Assembly (NCBI GenBank): GCA_030057915.1
Contig: JASGUC010000003.1
Coordinates: forward strand, 38,086 to 102,085
Source of the DNA: Pseudomonadota bacterium
Lineage (GTDB): Bacteria > Desulfobacterota > Syntrophia > Syntrophales > UBA8958
Length of the DNA: 64,000 bases
Direction of reading: 5' to 3'
This document shows positions 44,069 to 53,714 of this stretch, one piece after another. The notes under the pieces are model-generated. The model made no database searches. It worked only from the letters and a program-made list of their open reading frames with translations, and was not told the origin of the DNA. The stretch's first letter is position 1. Each line of letters begins with the position of its first letter. Both the position numbers and the translations under genes were made by a program.

Positions 44069-46486
44069 TCACCCGCCCCGGCGGGCCGCCAGATAGCCCC
44101 AGGTGAAGGAATTGGGGGCAATGGTCTGGTGGATGGTGAATTCGCACATCAGGGGATGCCAGAACACATCCCAGTAGTTTTCCAGAACCGGCCACTTTTC
44201 CGCCTCGGGATAGCAATGTTTCCCCGCCTCCCCATGTTCGGGGTTTTTCCCCCTTCCTGACCATTTGGGGTCCAGCGGGCCGAAGACGGTTATCCCCGCC
44301 GGCGGCAACTGACCGCTGAAGCGGGAATCGAAATGGAGGACATGGCGGGGGCTGGCGTGGCCGATCCCGGTGGTGTAGCACATGTTCCGCGGGTTGGCCC
44401 CGGCGCCGGTCTGGGAGGCCAGGATGACGGCCCGGAGGTACCCCTCTTCGCCGGTGAGGACATGGGCGAAGATCAGGCACAGGGCGTCGGGGGTGGTAAA
44501 GGCGCCGGCAACCGCGGGTCGCCAGGGGTTCTTGGCCCATTTGAAGGCCGCGGCTTCCTGGGCCGCCAAGCGGATGGCCGCCTCTTCCAGGATCGCATTC
44601 CGGCAGCGGCGCCGCAGCAGGGGATCCACGCCTTTGCCGGCGGTTCGGCTATATACCCAGGCCGCTTCCGATTGATCGTGGCGGCCGTGCCAGACCAGGG
44701 GCTGGGAAGGATTCCTGAAGACCGTCGTCTCGACAAACAACTTGTGCCAACCGCTCTCCCCCGTCAGGCGGAACAGCTCCGCCGCTGCCAGATTTCGGGC
44801 GTCGCGGACCTCCGGGGCCCAGCTTCCCCCGGGTTTCCCCTGAAAGATCCCCTCCGCCCATTCCGCCGCCCGCCGGGCGCTTTCCGCGTAAGTCGCCCCT
44901 GCCCGGGGGTCTCGGCCCGGACCGTGGAACCAGAACGCCGCCCGGGCCGCCGCGCCGGCATAAACGAAGGAAGACCACACGTCGGGGGCGTAGGCCATGA
45001 GGGTGGACGTTTCCCGCCAACTCGTCTCGCCGTACGATGGATGCCGGGAGGATTCGATCCCGCCCCGAATGCCACCGTCCGCCTCCTGGAGACGGCGGAA
45101 GAAATCGATCCCCCAGAGGGCCTCGTTGACGATATCGGGCAGATCGTCCCCACTTTCCGGGATATTCAGGGAAAGGCGGGAAAAGTAATCGGGAAAGAGC
45201 AGGGCCAGATCGAGCAGCCGGCGGGCCCCCTCGAGGTGTTGTATCCGCCGGTCCCAGTCTCCGGCGTCGCTATAGCCTCCCCAGGCCTCCGGGATCGTCT
45301 CGTCCGTCCGACCGGCCGGGAGCAGGTAAAAGGGGTCGGCGCCGGCAGGAAGAAAACCGTTGGCGGTGGCCATGAGCGGGATTGTGGATTGGTAGATCCT
45401 TTTCCCGTCCCCGGGGTGCATATTCCGGGGACGATGGTAGGCGGTCCAGGGCGGTCCCAGGGCGATGCCGCTGCGCTGATGATAGAAACCCCGAACGGAG
45501 ACGGTGAAGGCCTTTTCCCAAACCCTGGGGCCGATCTCGAAGGGATGGGAGCAGCCGACCCCTTCGACGTAGAGGCGGTAGAAGCCTTCGCGGCGAAGCC
45601 CGCTGAAGTCCAGGCCAAAGACATCGACGCCGCTGTAGTTCTTCCCGTAGGCGTCTTCGTCCTGGTCCGCCGCCCTTTTGAGGAGTTGGACAGCCCCCCG
45701 CAGGACCTCCTTTTCCGTTCCCTGCTCGATGACGGCAAAAGGCGTTCCCGCTCGGAAGGCCATGCCGCCGCCGCTGCCCATCCATAGGGAAAGAAAGGCC
45801 ATTTTCACCGGATCGTCGGGACGGAAACCGATCTGGCTGACGTGCACGGCCTCGCTGATCATGCGGCGGGGATTCCAGATGAAGGAGAATCCGGGCAGGC
45901 GGTCGTCCCGGAAGGAGAGCCGATAGGAGGCCCCTTCGCGGAGCGGCTGGGGGAAGCGCAGATACAGGGTATGTTCCCGGGGGGCTTCCAGGCGTTCCCG
46001 GCTTACCCGGAGGAGGTCCGTCGGGCGGCTCTTACGGTGCGTGGACACCGGGGAAAGCCCCCGGTTATAGGCGGGATCGTCCTCGGAGGACAGGAGGAAG
46101 CGGTCCTGGGCGTCGAAAAAACTCCCGGCGACATCGCGGCCGGGAAGACGGTCTAAGAGAGCCAGGGTCTTGCCTCCCGGTCCCACGACGGCGCCGACGA
46201 CCCTGCCCGCCCTGACCAGCCAGTCGTTTCCCTCCGCGTCGCGGTCGATCCGGTCGCCTTCCCGGGGGTGATAGGGCGCCTGGCGGCCGTGTTCCCCCCG
46301 TTCAACGAAGACGACGCTGATGGCGTCCGTCCCGATCGGTCCCAGGGAAACGAGAGGAGGGGGCTGCACCTCAGGTCCGGCGGCCGGAGGGGAAGAGGAG
46401 CAGGAGAGGACCCAGAGGGCGCTCCAGAGCGTCATGAGCAGCCACGGCCACGGCCGGCGGCCTCTTCCCCCTGGACGCGGCCTCAT
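44069..46486 (-). CDS. glycoside hydrolase family 9-like lipoprotein
   Basis: 805 aa from MRPRPGG..LWVLSC (lipobox). CelD_N-like ..VHVSQIGF.P...K.A.. GH9 motifs GGYSDAGDWDR and ..YTTGIG..SPRH.LH. Start overlaps the upstream stop (TGATG). Confidence 0.75.
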   Translation of the reverse strand: MRPRPGGRGRRPWPWLLMTLWSALWVLSCSSSPPAAGPEVQPPPLVSLGPIGTDAISVVFVERGEHGRQAPYHPREGDRIDRDAEGNDWLVRAGRVVGAVVGPGGKTLALLDRLPGRDVAGSFFDAQDRFLLSSEDDPAYNRGLSPVSTHRKSRPTDLLRVSRERLEAPREHTLYLRFPQPLREGASYRLSFRDDRLPGFSFIWNPRRMISEAVHVSQIGFRPDDPVKMAFLSLWMGSGGGMAFRAGTPFAVIEQGTEKEVLRGAVQLLKRAADQDEDAYGKNYSGVDVFGLDFSGLRREGFYRLYVEGVGCSHPFEIGPRVWEKAFTVSVRGFYHQRSGIALGPPWTAYHRPRNMHPGDGKRIYQSTIPLMATANGFLPAGADPFYLLPAGRTDETIPEAWGGYSDAGDWDRRIQHLEGARRLLDLALLFPDYFSRLSLNIPESGDDLPDIVNEALWGIDFFRRLQEADGGIRGGIESSRHPSYGETSWRETSTLMAYAPDVWSSFVYAGAAARAAFWFHGPGRDPRAGATYAESARRAAEWAEGIFQGKPGGSWAPEVRDARNLAAAELFRLTGESGWHKLFVETTVFRNPSQPLVWHGRHDQSEAAWVYSRTAGKGVDPLLRRRCRNAILEEAAIRLAAQEAAAFKWAKNPWRPAVAGAFTTPDALCLIFAHVLTGEEGYLRAVILASQTGAGANPRNMCYTTGIGHASPRHVLHFDSRFSGQLPPAGITVFGPLDPKWSGRGKNPEHGEAGKHCYPEAEKWPVLENYWDVFWHPLMCEFTIHQTIAPNSFTWGYLAARRGG

Positions 46487-47058
46487 CAGTCCGCGACCTT
46501 GCCGGAATTGGCCGGGGAGTCCGGCTCGACATGGACCTCGCTGCCGCCGAAATGGGGAAATTCGTCCGTGTCGTGACAGACCACGTTGGCCACGGCCACC
46601 CAGTAGCAGACGGAGATATTCACCGGCCGCACGGCGACCATGGTAAACGGAAAACCGCCGCAATGGAATTCCGGGAGCCTCCCCATCTGCAAGACTGCCT
46701 GGTCGGGGTTGTTGACTACCGTATCCAGGTCGTACTGGCAGGAGAATACGGGGGTTCCCTTCGCCAGGGGCAGGAATTTCTTTTCCAGCAGCATCTTGAC
46801 GAATTGGATGTGGAGAGGATCGTTATGCAGCTCGATATCCTTCAAGGTTTGGGCGAATTCCGACTCCCGGGGCGCCTTGGTGGAGTATAATCTGTTCTCA
46901 TGGGCGAAGTAGTAACACACCTTCTCGATCTGGTAGGGATTGAGCACCCCGAAGCAGTTCTTGGACATGTAGCAGCGTCCCGCATGGCCTTGACCGGGAA
47001 GCAGGGCTTGCAGACCGCAGCCGGCGATCAACAGCGCCGTTATCACGAGGGCTTTCAC
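46486..47058 (-). CDS. Cys-rich lipoprotein of unknown function
   Basis: 190 aa. GTG start overlapping the flippase stop (GTGA). Lipobox LIAGC. 8 Cys. Lower GC than its neighbours. No family recognised. Confidence 0.55.
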   Translation of the reverse strand: MKALVITALLIAGCGLQALLPGQGHAGRCYMSKNCFGVLNPYQIEKVCYYFAHENRLYSTKAPRESEFAQTLKDIELHNDPLHIQFVKMLLEKKFLPLAKGTPVFSCQYDLDTVVNNPDQAVLQMGRLPEFHCGGFPFTMVAVRPVNISVCYWVAVANVVCHDTDEFPHFGGSEVHVEPDSPANSGKVAD

Positions 47059-49073
47059 ACAAGCCTCCTTGCCGCCCCCGTCTTCAAGATCCGGGGCCAG
47101 CGGATAAGGTTGTTGAGAGAATTATACATCGGTCGCACGCCGTGCTTCAGGTAAAAATGCAGGGCCGGCTTCCGGAAATCGTCGCTCAACAGGTAGATCT
47201 CTTCATAACCCGCTTCGGGGAAATAGGCAAGGGTCCGGTAGAACAGCGCTTCGGCCAGGCCGCGATGGCGGTGCTCCGGTTGGATGAAGAACCAGGATCC
47301 GTAACCCCGCTTCCTGGATGTGGAGGCGTCTCGGCAGGCGCAAAAGCATCCCACTAGGCGCTCCCGGTGGTAAATCAGGGTCGCCGCCTCCGGGGTTACC
47401 AGGAAGGCCACGATCTCTTCCCGGACGCGGTAGTCGTTCCAGAAACCGAACCCGCCGTCGGCATTGAGGAGGCCGGCCCACTCCGCGTAGTCCGTCCGTG
47501 GCCCTGGGGAGAGGATGCGGTATTCCTCGGGCGGGGACCAGGAGCGGTTCATGCCCCGGCGCGCCACCTGTAGGGGAACCCGTAGCAGGAGCTGCCGGGA
47601 GTATATGAAGCCCCATAGGTATTTGACGATCCGGCCCAGATGGCGCAGGTCGTCTCCGAAATCGAGGTGGGAGATGAGGCGGGCCATTCCCGCCCAGGGC
47701 AGGAGGCGCAGCAGAATCGCCGCTCCGGCGTAAAACCCGAGGGATGCGACGATCCTCGGGAAGAGGTCGAGGGTGGCGGGCAGGAGATGGAGGAGAGCGA
47801 ACAAACCCGCATTGGCGATGAGGATCCTCCGCCACGCCCCGAATCGGATCACGTTGCCGAAATGACGGATGACGAAGCCCGCGGTAATGGACATAAGGAA
47901 GATCTCGCAGATCAGGGCGGCCCAGGCGGCCCCCGGGGCCCCCAGGGAGGGGATGAGCAGGAAATTGAGGGCGATGCTCAGCAGGGCGGCGGCGCCGGCG
48001 TTCCACCAGGCGAAATGCACCACCCCCAACGCGACGGCGAGGGCCGTGAAGAAGAGGGAAGAGAAGATCAGGAGACCCACCCAGGCCAGGATGTTCAGGA
48101 CGGCGGCCGCCGGCGGGAAGGCCGGACCGTAGAGGAGAGCCAGGATCTGGGCGGAACCATACGGGACGAGAAGGGCCACGGGGATGCCGAAGACGGCCAG
48201 GGCCTCCAGGGTCAGGGAAAACTCCTCCCTCAGGGCCTCTCGGTCCGCATCGACCCGGGCCGCATAGATGGGGATGAGCGGCCCGGCGATCATGGCGGCC
48301 CCCATGGCCGTCAATTCAACGAATTTGAAGGCGGCATTGAACAGGCCGACTTCCTCCATGGATTTCAGCCCTTCGAGGATGAAGACCGGCGCCCGTCCGG
48401 CGATGATCGTGAAAAGGGAGGCGACTCCCAGGGGGGCGGCGACGGCGAGGATGCGTTGCAAACACCGGGCATCGAAGGTGAAGCGGGGACGCAGCAGCCG
48501 CAGGGATATCCCGAAGGCGGCGGCGAGATAGGCGGCGTTGGCCAGGCCGTAGGCGAGAATCAGCCAGGGGAGGGAGGGGCGGCGCCAGAGTGCCAGTCCC
48601 GACAGGACGAGGAATGCCCCGCCGTAAGCCAGGGAGGCGGCGGAGGAATACCAGGGACTGTGGAAGACCTGATAGACCGGCTCGAAGAAGCGGCTGGCGA
48701 GGAAGGGGATGAACAGGGCGCCGACCACAAGAACCGGGCGGATGTCCGCGGCCAGGAAGGGAAGCGCGGCGATGGACAGGACCGTGACGAGCAGGCCGAT
48801 CGCCAGGCGCAGCCCCAGGTAGTTGCCCCAATAGACGTCGGCTTCGGCCTCCACCTGGGCGATGTCCCTTCCCAGCGCGGAGGTCATGCCAAAGTCCGCC
48901 GCCGCCGCCGCCACGGCCAAAAAGGAAAGGACATAGGAGTATTGCCCGAAGAAATCGGCGCCGCCCAGCCGGGCGACCAGGACGAAGATCAGAAAATTGG
49001 CCCCGAAGGTCGCCCCCTTGCCGAGACCCTGGGCGACCACATTGACGACGTAGCTCTTTACGGCGCCACCCAT
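47055..49073 (-). CDS. wzx: polysaccharide flippase (Wzx/MOP-type) fused to a C-terminal GNAT acetyltransferase domain
   Basis: 672 aa. About 14 hydrophobic segments over about 480 aa, then ..FFIQPEHRHRGLAEALFYRTL..YLLSDDFRKPALHFYLKHG (GNAT motif A-like). Confidence 0.75.
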   Translation of the reverse strand: MGGAVKSYVVNVVAQGLGKGATFGANFLIFVLVARLGGADFFGQYSYVLSFLAVAAAAADFGMTSALGRDIAQVEAEADVYWGNYLGLRLAIGLLVTVLSIAALPFLAADIRPVLVVGALFIPFLASRFFEPVYQVFHSPWYSSAASLAYGGAFLVLSGLALWRRPSLPWLILAYGLANAAYLAAAFGISLRLLRPRFTFDARCLQRILAVAAPLGVASLFTIIAGRAPVFILEGLKSMEEVGLFNAAFKFVELTAMGAAMIAGPLIPIYAARVDADREALREEFSLTLEALAVFGIPVALLVPYGSAQILALLYGPAFPPAAAVLNILAWVGLLIFSSLFFTALAVALGVVHFAWWNAGAAALLSIALNFLLIPSLGAPGAAWAALICEIFLMSITAGFVIRHFGNVIRFGAWRRILIANAGLFALLHLLPATLDLFPRIVASLGFYAGAAILLRLLPWAGMARLISHLDFGDDLRHLGRIVKYLWGFIYSRQLLLRVPLQVARRGMNRSWSPPEEYRILSPGPRTDYAEWAGLLNADGGFGFWNDYRVREEIVAFLVTPEAATLIYHRERLVGCFCACRDASTSRKRGYGSWFFIQPEHRHRGLAEALFYRTLAYFPEAGYEEIYLLSDDFRKPALHFYLKHGVRPMYNSLNNLIRWPRILKTGAARRLV

Positions 49074-49200
49074 CAGCGTCGCCGGAGGAGAATGACGCCG
49101 CCGTCGTCCGGGCCGCCATATTGGGGCTGTCGCGGCCCGGGGACGATTCGGGCCGACGCGATGGACCGCCGGCCTCCCCGTATGCCCGTCCGGCGGCCGC

Positions 49201-50427
49201 TCATCCCAGGACCCCGCGGAATGCCTTAATGACGTCGGCCACGTCGGCGTCGGTGAGAGACGGCGACAGGGGCAGGGAAATGGTCCGGGCGCCGATCCAT
49301 TCCGCCTGGGGAAACATCCCTTCCTGCCAACGGTAGGTCTTGCGGTAGAAGGGATGGGCGTGGACCGGAAGATAGTGGACGCCGATCCCGATGTTCTCTC
49401 TCCCCATGGCCTCCAGGACCCAGTCCCGGGATCTGCCCAGACGGTCCGTGTCGATCAGGGGGGTGTAGAGGTGATAGGCGTGGCGGGTGTTTCGCTCCGG
49501 CGGCGCGGGGAGGAAACAGGGGAGGTCGGCGAAGGCGGCCTGGTAGGCGTTCCAGATTTCCTCCCGGCGTCGCCAGTTCTCCTCGATCCGCCGCAACTGG
49601 TGAATGCCCAGGGCGGCCTGTAGGTCCATCATGTTGTATTTGAAACCCCCATGGACCACCTGATAGTGGCGGTAGCCCGTGTCGGAGAACCGCTGCCAGG
49701 CGTCCTTGCTCATCCCGTGGAGGGCCAGCATCTTGAGGCGGTTGGCGATGCGCTCGTCGTCGGTGACCACCATGCCTCCTTCGCCGGTGGTCATGTTCTT
49801 GGTGACGTAGAAGCTGAAACACCCCATGTCGCCGTCCGTCCCCGCCTGGCGTCCCCGGTACTCGCTTTCGATGGCGTGGGCGCAATCCTCGATGATCATG
49901 AGGTCGTAGCTCCTCGCCAGATCGAGAATGGGGTCCATGTCGCAGCATCGTCCGGCGAAATGCACGGGCAGGATCGCCCGGGTGCGGGCCGTGATCTTCT
50001 CCTCGATGAGGGCGGGAGAGATATTCATCGTTTCCCGGTCGCAGTCTGCCAGCACTGGCGTGGCCCCGCAGTGGATGATGGCGTTCACCGTGGCGCAGAA
50101 GGTCATGGGGGTGGTGATGACCTCGTCGCCGGGACCGACGCCCGCGGCCAGCATGGATAGATGGAGGGCGGCGGTGCAGGAGTGCAGGGCAATGGCGTGC
50201 CGTTTTTTCTTGTACGCCGCGAAGGCCTTTTCGAATTCGTGGGCCCGAGGGCCGGTGCCGAGCCAGCCGCTCCGCAGGCAGGACACGACCTCGGCGATCT
50301 CCTCTTCACAGATCTTCGGCGCCCCGAAGACGAGAAAATCTTCCCGAGCCCGCACCGGCGCCCCGCCGGCGATGGCGGGCCGCCTCGTTTCCGCGCCGAT
50401 CTTTCCCTTGTTTTTCGTTGCCCCCAT
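49201..50427 (-). CDS. DegT/DnrJ/EryC1/StrS-family sugar aminotransferase
   Basis: 408 aa from MGATKNK with AAGGAGAG SD. ..FE.AFA.Y.....A.AL.SCTAALHL.., ..DCAHA.., ..SFY.TKN.T.GEGG... Confidence 0.9.
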   Translation of the reverse strand: MGATKNKGKIGAETRRPAIAGGAPVRAREDFLVFGAPKICEEEIAEVVSCLRSGWLGTGPRAHEFEKAFAAYKKKRHAIALHSCTAALHLSMLAAGVGPGDEVITTPMTFCATVNAIIHCGATPVLADCDRETMNISPALIEEKITARTRAILPVHFAGRCCDMDPILDLARSYDLMIIEDCAHAIESEYRGRQAGTDGDMGCFSFYVTKNMTTGEGGMVVTDDERIANRLKMLALHGMSKDAWQRFSDTGYRHYQVVHGGFKYNMMDLQAALGIHQLRRIEENWRRREEIWNAYQAAFADLPCFLPAPPERNTRHAYHLYTPLIDTDRLGRSRDWVLEAMGRENIGIGVHYLPVHAHPFYRKTYRWQEGMFPQAEWIGARTISLPLSPSLTDADVADVIKAFRGVLG

Positions 50428-50450
50428 CTTCCTCGCTCTCCTTTCCATTC

Positions 50451-50582
50451 GAGACCTTTGAAAATCGACGATTTCCTGCCGCCACGGCACAATCCGGGCT
50501 CGGGAATACCTTGAAAACAAAGCATTCCGGCTTCCGTCGGCATGGTGACAGGCGGGTTGAGGCGGCCCTTTTTATAGGTTTC
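50451..50582. repeat. TIR-bounded ~130-bp element between degT-like and glycosyltransferase genes
   Basis: GAGACCTTTGAAAA at the left end. Degenerate right end TTTTTATAGGTTTC. 132 bp. Confidence 0.65.
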
Positions 50583-50617
50583 CCCTCGGCAACGGGATCG
50601 TGACTCGCGCCGGCGTT

Positions 50618-51742
50618 CTATGAGGAAAGTTCGGCGACGATATCCAGAAACTTCGCCGCCGTACGCCGCCAGGTGAACCCCCGGGCCCGTTCCCGGCCCC
50701 GGGCGATCAGGGTTTCTCTTTTTCCCGCATCGGCGACCACTTCCTCCATGGCCGCGCATATCGCCAGGTGGTCGTTGGGATCCACCAGTATTCCCGCGTC
50801 GCCCACCACTTCGGGCAACGAGGTGACGTTCGAGGTCACCACGGGACATCCGCAGGCCATGGCCTCCAGGCAGGGGAGGCCAAAACCCTCGAAAAGACTG
50901 GGATAGACGAAGAGGGTCGCCATCCCGTAGAGCCGCGGTAGATGCTCGTCGGGGACATACCCGGTAAAGACCACCTCCCCTCGGTACGGAGAGGCGTCGA
51001 TCAGCGCCATGTCCTCGGCGGGGAGGAAGTCCCGGCGGCCGACCACGACAAGCTGATGCGGCCGCTCCCGCCGCCCCTTGAAGGCATTGAAGGCCGCGAC
51101 GAGAACCTGGAGGTTCTTGCGGCGGTTCAGCCGGCCGATGTAGAGGAGGAAATCCTTCCCAATGCCGTAATCCTTCAGGATTGCCGCCGCTTCCCCTCGG
51201 TCGGCCGGGGGCCGGAACAGGGGGTTCACCCCGTTGTAGCCTACCACGATCTTTTCCGGCGCCGCCCCGTACACGGCGATCATGTCCTGCTTGGAATACT
51301 CCGATACGGTGAGGACCCGGTCCGCCCGGCGGATGTTGATGGGGATGAGCAGCTCGTTCTTCCAGCGTTCCCGCAGGGGGAACGAGTCCGGCAGGTGGCG
51401 ATAGGAGATGTCGTGGACGGTGACGACCAGTTTCCCCCGATGCCAGGGGGGGGCGTAGTAATTGACGTGCAGGATGTCGGTTCGGTCCCGGAAGGTGGCC
51501 CGGGCCAGGCTCATCATCCGGGCCGGGGCCGAGCTTGCGGCCACGGGAAGGACGGCGACGTTTTCCATGGACCGGAACCGATCAAAATAAGGCAGCCCCG
51601 GCGTGGTCACGTAGAGGAGGTAGGTCCGCTCTCGGTCCATGGCTACGACGGACTCCACGAGGTTCCGCATGTAGGTGCAGTTGCCCGTGCCGTCCCGTTC
51701 GGCGAGATGAAAGTCGATGCCGATTCTTGTCTTACCAGCCAT
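50618..51742 (-). CDS. glycosyltransferase family 4
   Basis: 374 aa with GT1/GT4 C-terminal motif ..PSLFEGFGLP.LEAMACG.PV.. Confidence 0.85.
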   Translation of the reverse strand: MAGKTRIGIDFHLAERDGTGNCTYMRNLVESVVAMDRERTYLLYVTTPGLPYFDRFRSMENVAVLPVAASSAPARMMSLARATFRDRTDILHVNYYAPPWHRGKLVVTVHDISYRHLPDSFPLRERWKNELLIPINIRRADRVLTVSEYSKQDMIAVYGAAPEKIVVGYNGVNPLFRPPADRGEAAAILKDYGIGKDFLLYIGRLNRRKNLQVLVAAFNAFKGRRERPHQLVVVGRRDFLPAEDMALIDASPYRGEVVFTGYVPDEHLPRLYGMATLFVYPSLFEGFGLPCLEAMACGCPVVTSNVTSLPEVVGDAGILVDPNDHLAICAAMEEVVADAGKRETLIARGRERARGFTWRRTAAKFLDIVAELSS

Positions 51743-52745
51743 CGCCGTCCCGGACCTGATTGTATAAGTCTATATAGTCTTTCGCCATGCGGTCGGACCG
51801 GTAGTATTCCTCGGCATACCGCCGGCAGGTTCGAGGCTCGATCCGACCTATATTTTCCATAGCGCCGGCAAGATCATCAATAGATCTGCATAGATAACCG
51901 TTGATACCCGAGTCGATCTGTTCCGGAATTCCCCCCTCCTCCAGGGCGATGACCGGGGTCCCCGAAGCGAAGGATTCGAGGATCACCAGGGGAAAGGCGT
52001 CGAACCACCGGGGGGTCTGAACGAGGGCCCGGGCCCGCCGGAGCTGGTCGTTCGTTCCGGGGAGTTCGCCGATGTATTGGACATATTTGGGAAAAAGGAA
52101 GGTAAGGGGCCGGATCGCTCCGTGGTAATAGAGCTTGTCCTCGACGTTGCCCGCCACGGCCAGACGGGACCGGCTCCTGACGGCAGCGAGGATGGCCAGG
52201 TGCTGACCCTTGTAGCGGGCGATCTTGGAGATGTGGATGAAATGGTTTTCCTTTTGGAAATCGTAGCGATAACTGTCCAGATCAAGGCCGTAATAGACGT
52301 GTTTGGTGGTCCCGCCGCAGAGTTGGGCATGGGCCCTGCTGCAGGCGACGAGATTGGGGCGCTGGAAACCCGGCGGCGGCGGGATGCAGGTGGAGACCAC
52401 GAAGGGAAAGGCCTCGGGGTGGCGGCGAACGAAGAGGCTCTCGAAGGACCAGTCATGGATCACATCCACGGGGTTTTCCCGCAGGTAGTCCCGCATCGTT
52501 TCGTAGAGCGGCTCCTCGGAGACGGCGTCGGATCTCTTGATTATACCGCTGGGGGCCTGGCTGGGATCGTAGGCGGGAACGACGACGGTCTTTCCGGAAC
52601 AGTAGCTGCCGGGGGTGGCGAACATCGTCACCTCGTGTCCTCCCCGCGCCAGGGCCTCCACGAGGTTGTAAACCACCCGCTCGATGCCGCCGTAGGCCGG
52701 CGGCGGCGTCTGTTTGAACATGATGGAAACGACGGCGATCTTCAT
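51732..52745 (-). CDS. glycosyltransferase family 4
   Basis: 337 aa. ..GGIERVV..L...GHEV.. N-terminus and ..E.F.LV.LES.A.GTPVIA.. C-terminus. Confidence 0.8.
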   Translation of the reverse strand: MKIAVVSIMFKQTPPPAYGGIERVVYNLVEALARGGHEVTMFATPGSYCSGKTVVVPAYDPSQAPSGIIKRSDAVSEEPLYETMRDYLRENPVDVIHDWSFESLFVRRHPEAFPFVVSTCIPPPPGFQRPNLVACSRAHAQLCGGTTKHVYYGLDLDSYRYDFQKENHFIHISKIARYKGQHLAILAAVRSRSRLAVAGNVEDKLYYHGAIRPLTFLFPKYVQYIGELPGTNDQLRRARALVQTPRWFDAFPLVILESFASGTPVIALEEGGIPEQIDSGINGYLCRSIDDLAGAMENIGRIEPRTCRRYAEEYYRSDRMAKDYIDLYNQVRDGDGW

Positions 52746-52760
52746 CCCTTTGTTCCGCCT

Positions 52761-53714
52761 CTATTTCCTCGCCAGCTCCCGGCGGATGTGCTCCCGTTCG
52801 CTGGCCTTGTACAATTTCCGGTAGAGCGCCAGGGCGGCCCCTTCCCAGCGGTCCGTGAAAAAACGGGCCCAGAAGAGCCAGAACGGCCGGGCGGCCGGGA
52901 AAAAGACCAGATCCGCCAGGAGGTATTTGAGCCGCGCCGGCCACGGATTTCCCAGGTAGAAGCCGAGACCGGCCAACTCCCGACCCAGGTGCGGCGCCCG
53001 CTTGTGCCACACCGCCAGGGAGGCGCCGCTCTTCTTGGCGATGCCGAGAAAATCCTCTTCCGTGAGATAGTGATCGTGATAGCCCAGGGAATCGGGATGG
53101 TAGAGGATCCGCAGGCCGTGGTGGGAGAGGCGCTCCCCCAGTTCCACGTCGTCGTTGTACCGGAGCGATTCGTCATAGGTCCCGTACTTGAGGAGGAAGG
53201 ATCTCTTCACCGAGAGGTTGCAGGTGATGAACGACCGCCAGTCCAGCTCCGTCCGGCCTTCCCACTGGGCGAAGGTCTCGTCCAGATGAAGGGTGGCGAA
53301 GATGTTCCAGGGGATGTCCCGGGAGCGGGTGACCCGGCCCAGGACGGCGACCGTCTCCTCGGGATGGGCCTCATGAACCCGGCCATGCTCGGCGAGCATG
53401 GTGGGGGCGGCGATGGTATCGTCGTTGATGAACAGGAGGAGCTTCCCCCGGGCGACGGCGATGGCCCGGTTCCGGGCGGCATTCTGGCCGCTGTTGCGCT
53501 GCCGCAGAAAGGTGAGACGGCTGCCGAATGTCTCCTTCTGGAATCTGACCGCCACCTCGGGGGTGGTATCCTGGGAACCGTCATCGACGACGATGAGTTC
53601 GAAGCGGTCCCCGGGAAGGGTCTGCGCGTTCAGGGCGCGGAGGCACTTCTCCAGGATGTCGCTCCGGTTGTAGGTGGGAATGATCACGGAAATATGAAAG
53701 TCCCCTTCGGTCAT
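52761..53714 (-). CDS. glycosyltransferase family 2
   Basis: 317 aa with ISVIIPTYNR and ..VVDDGSQD.. Confidence 0.9.
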   Translation of the reverse strand: MTEGDFHISVIIPTYNRSDILEKCLRALNAQTLPGDRFELIVVDDGSQDTTPEVAVRFQKETFGSRLTFLRQRNSGQNAARNRAIAVARGKLLLFINDDTIAAPTMLAEHGRVHEAHPEETVAVLGRVTRSRDIPWNIFATLHLDETFAQWEGRTELDWRSFITCNLSVKRSFLLKYGTYDESLRYNDDVELGERLSHHGLRILYHPDSLGYHDHYLTEEDFLGIAKKSGASLAVWHKRAPHLGRELAGLGFYLGNPWPARLKYLLADLVFFPAARPFWLFWARFFTDRWEGAALALYRKLYKASEREHIRRELARK

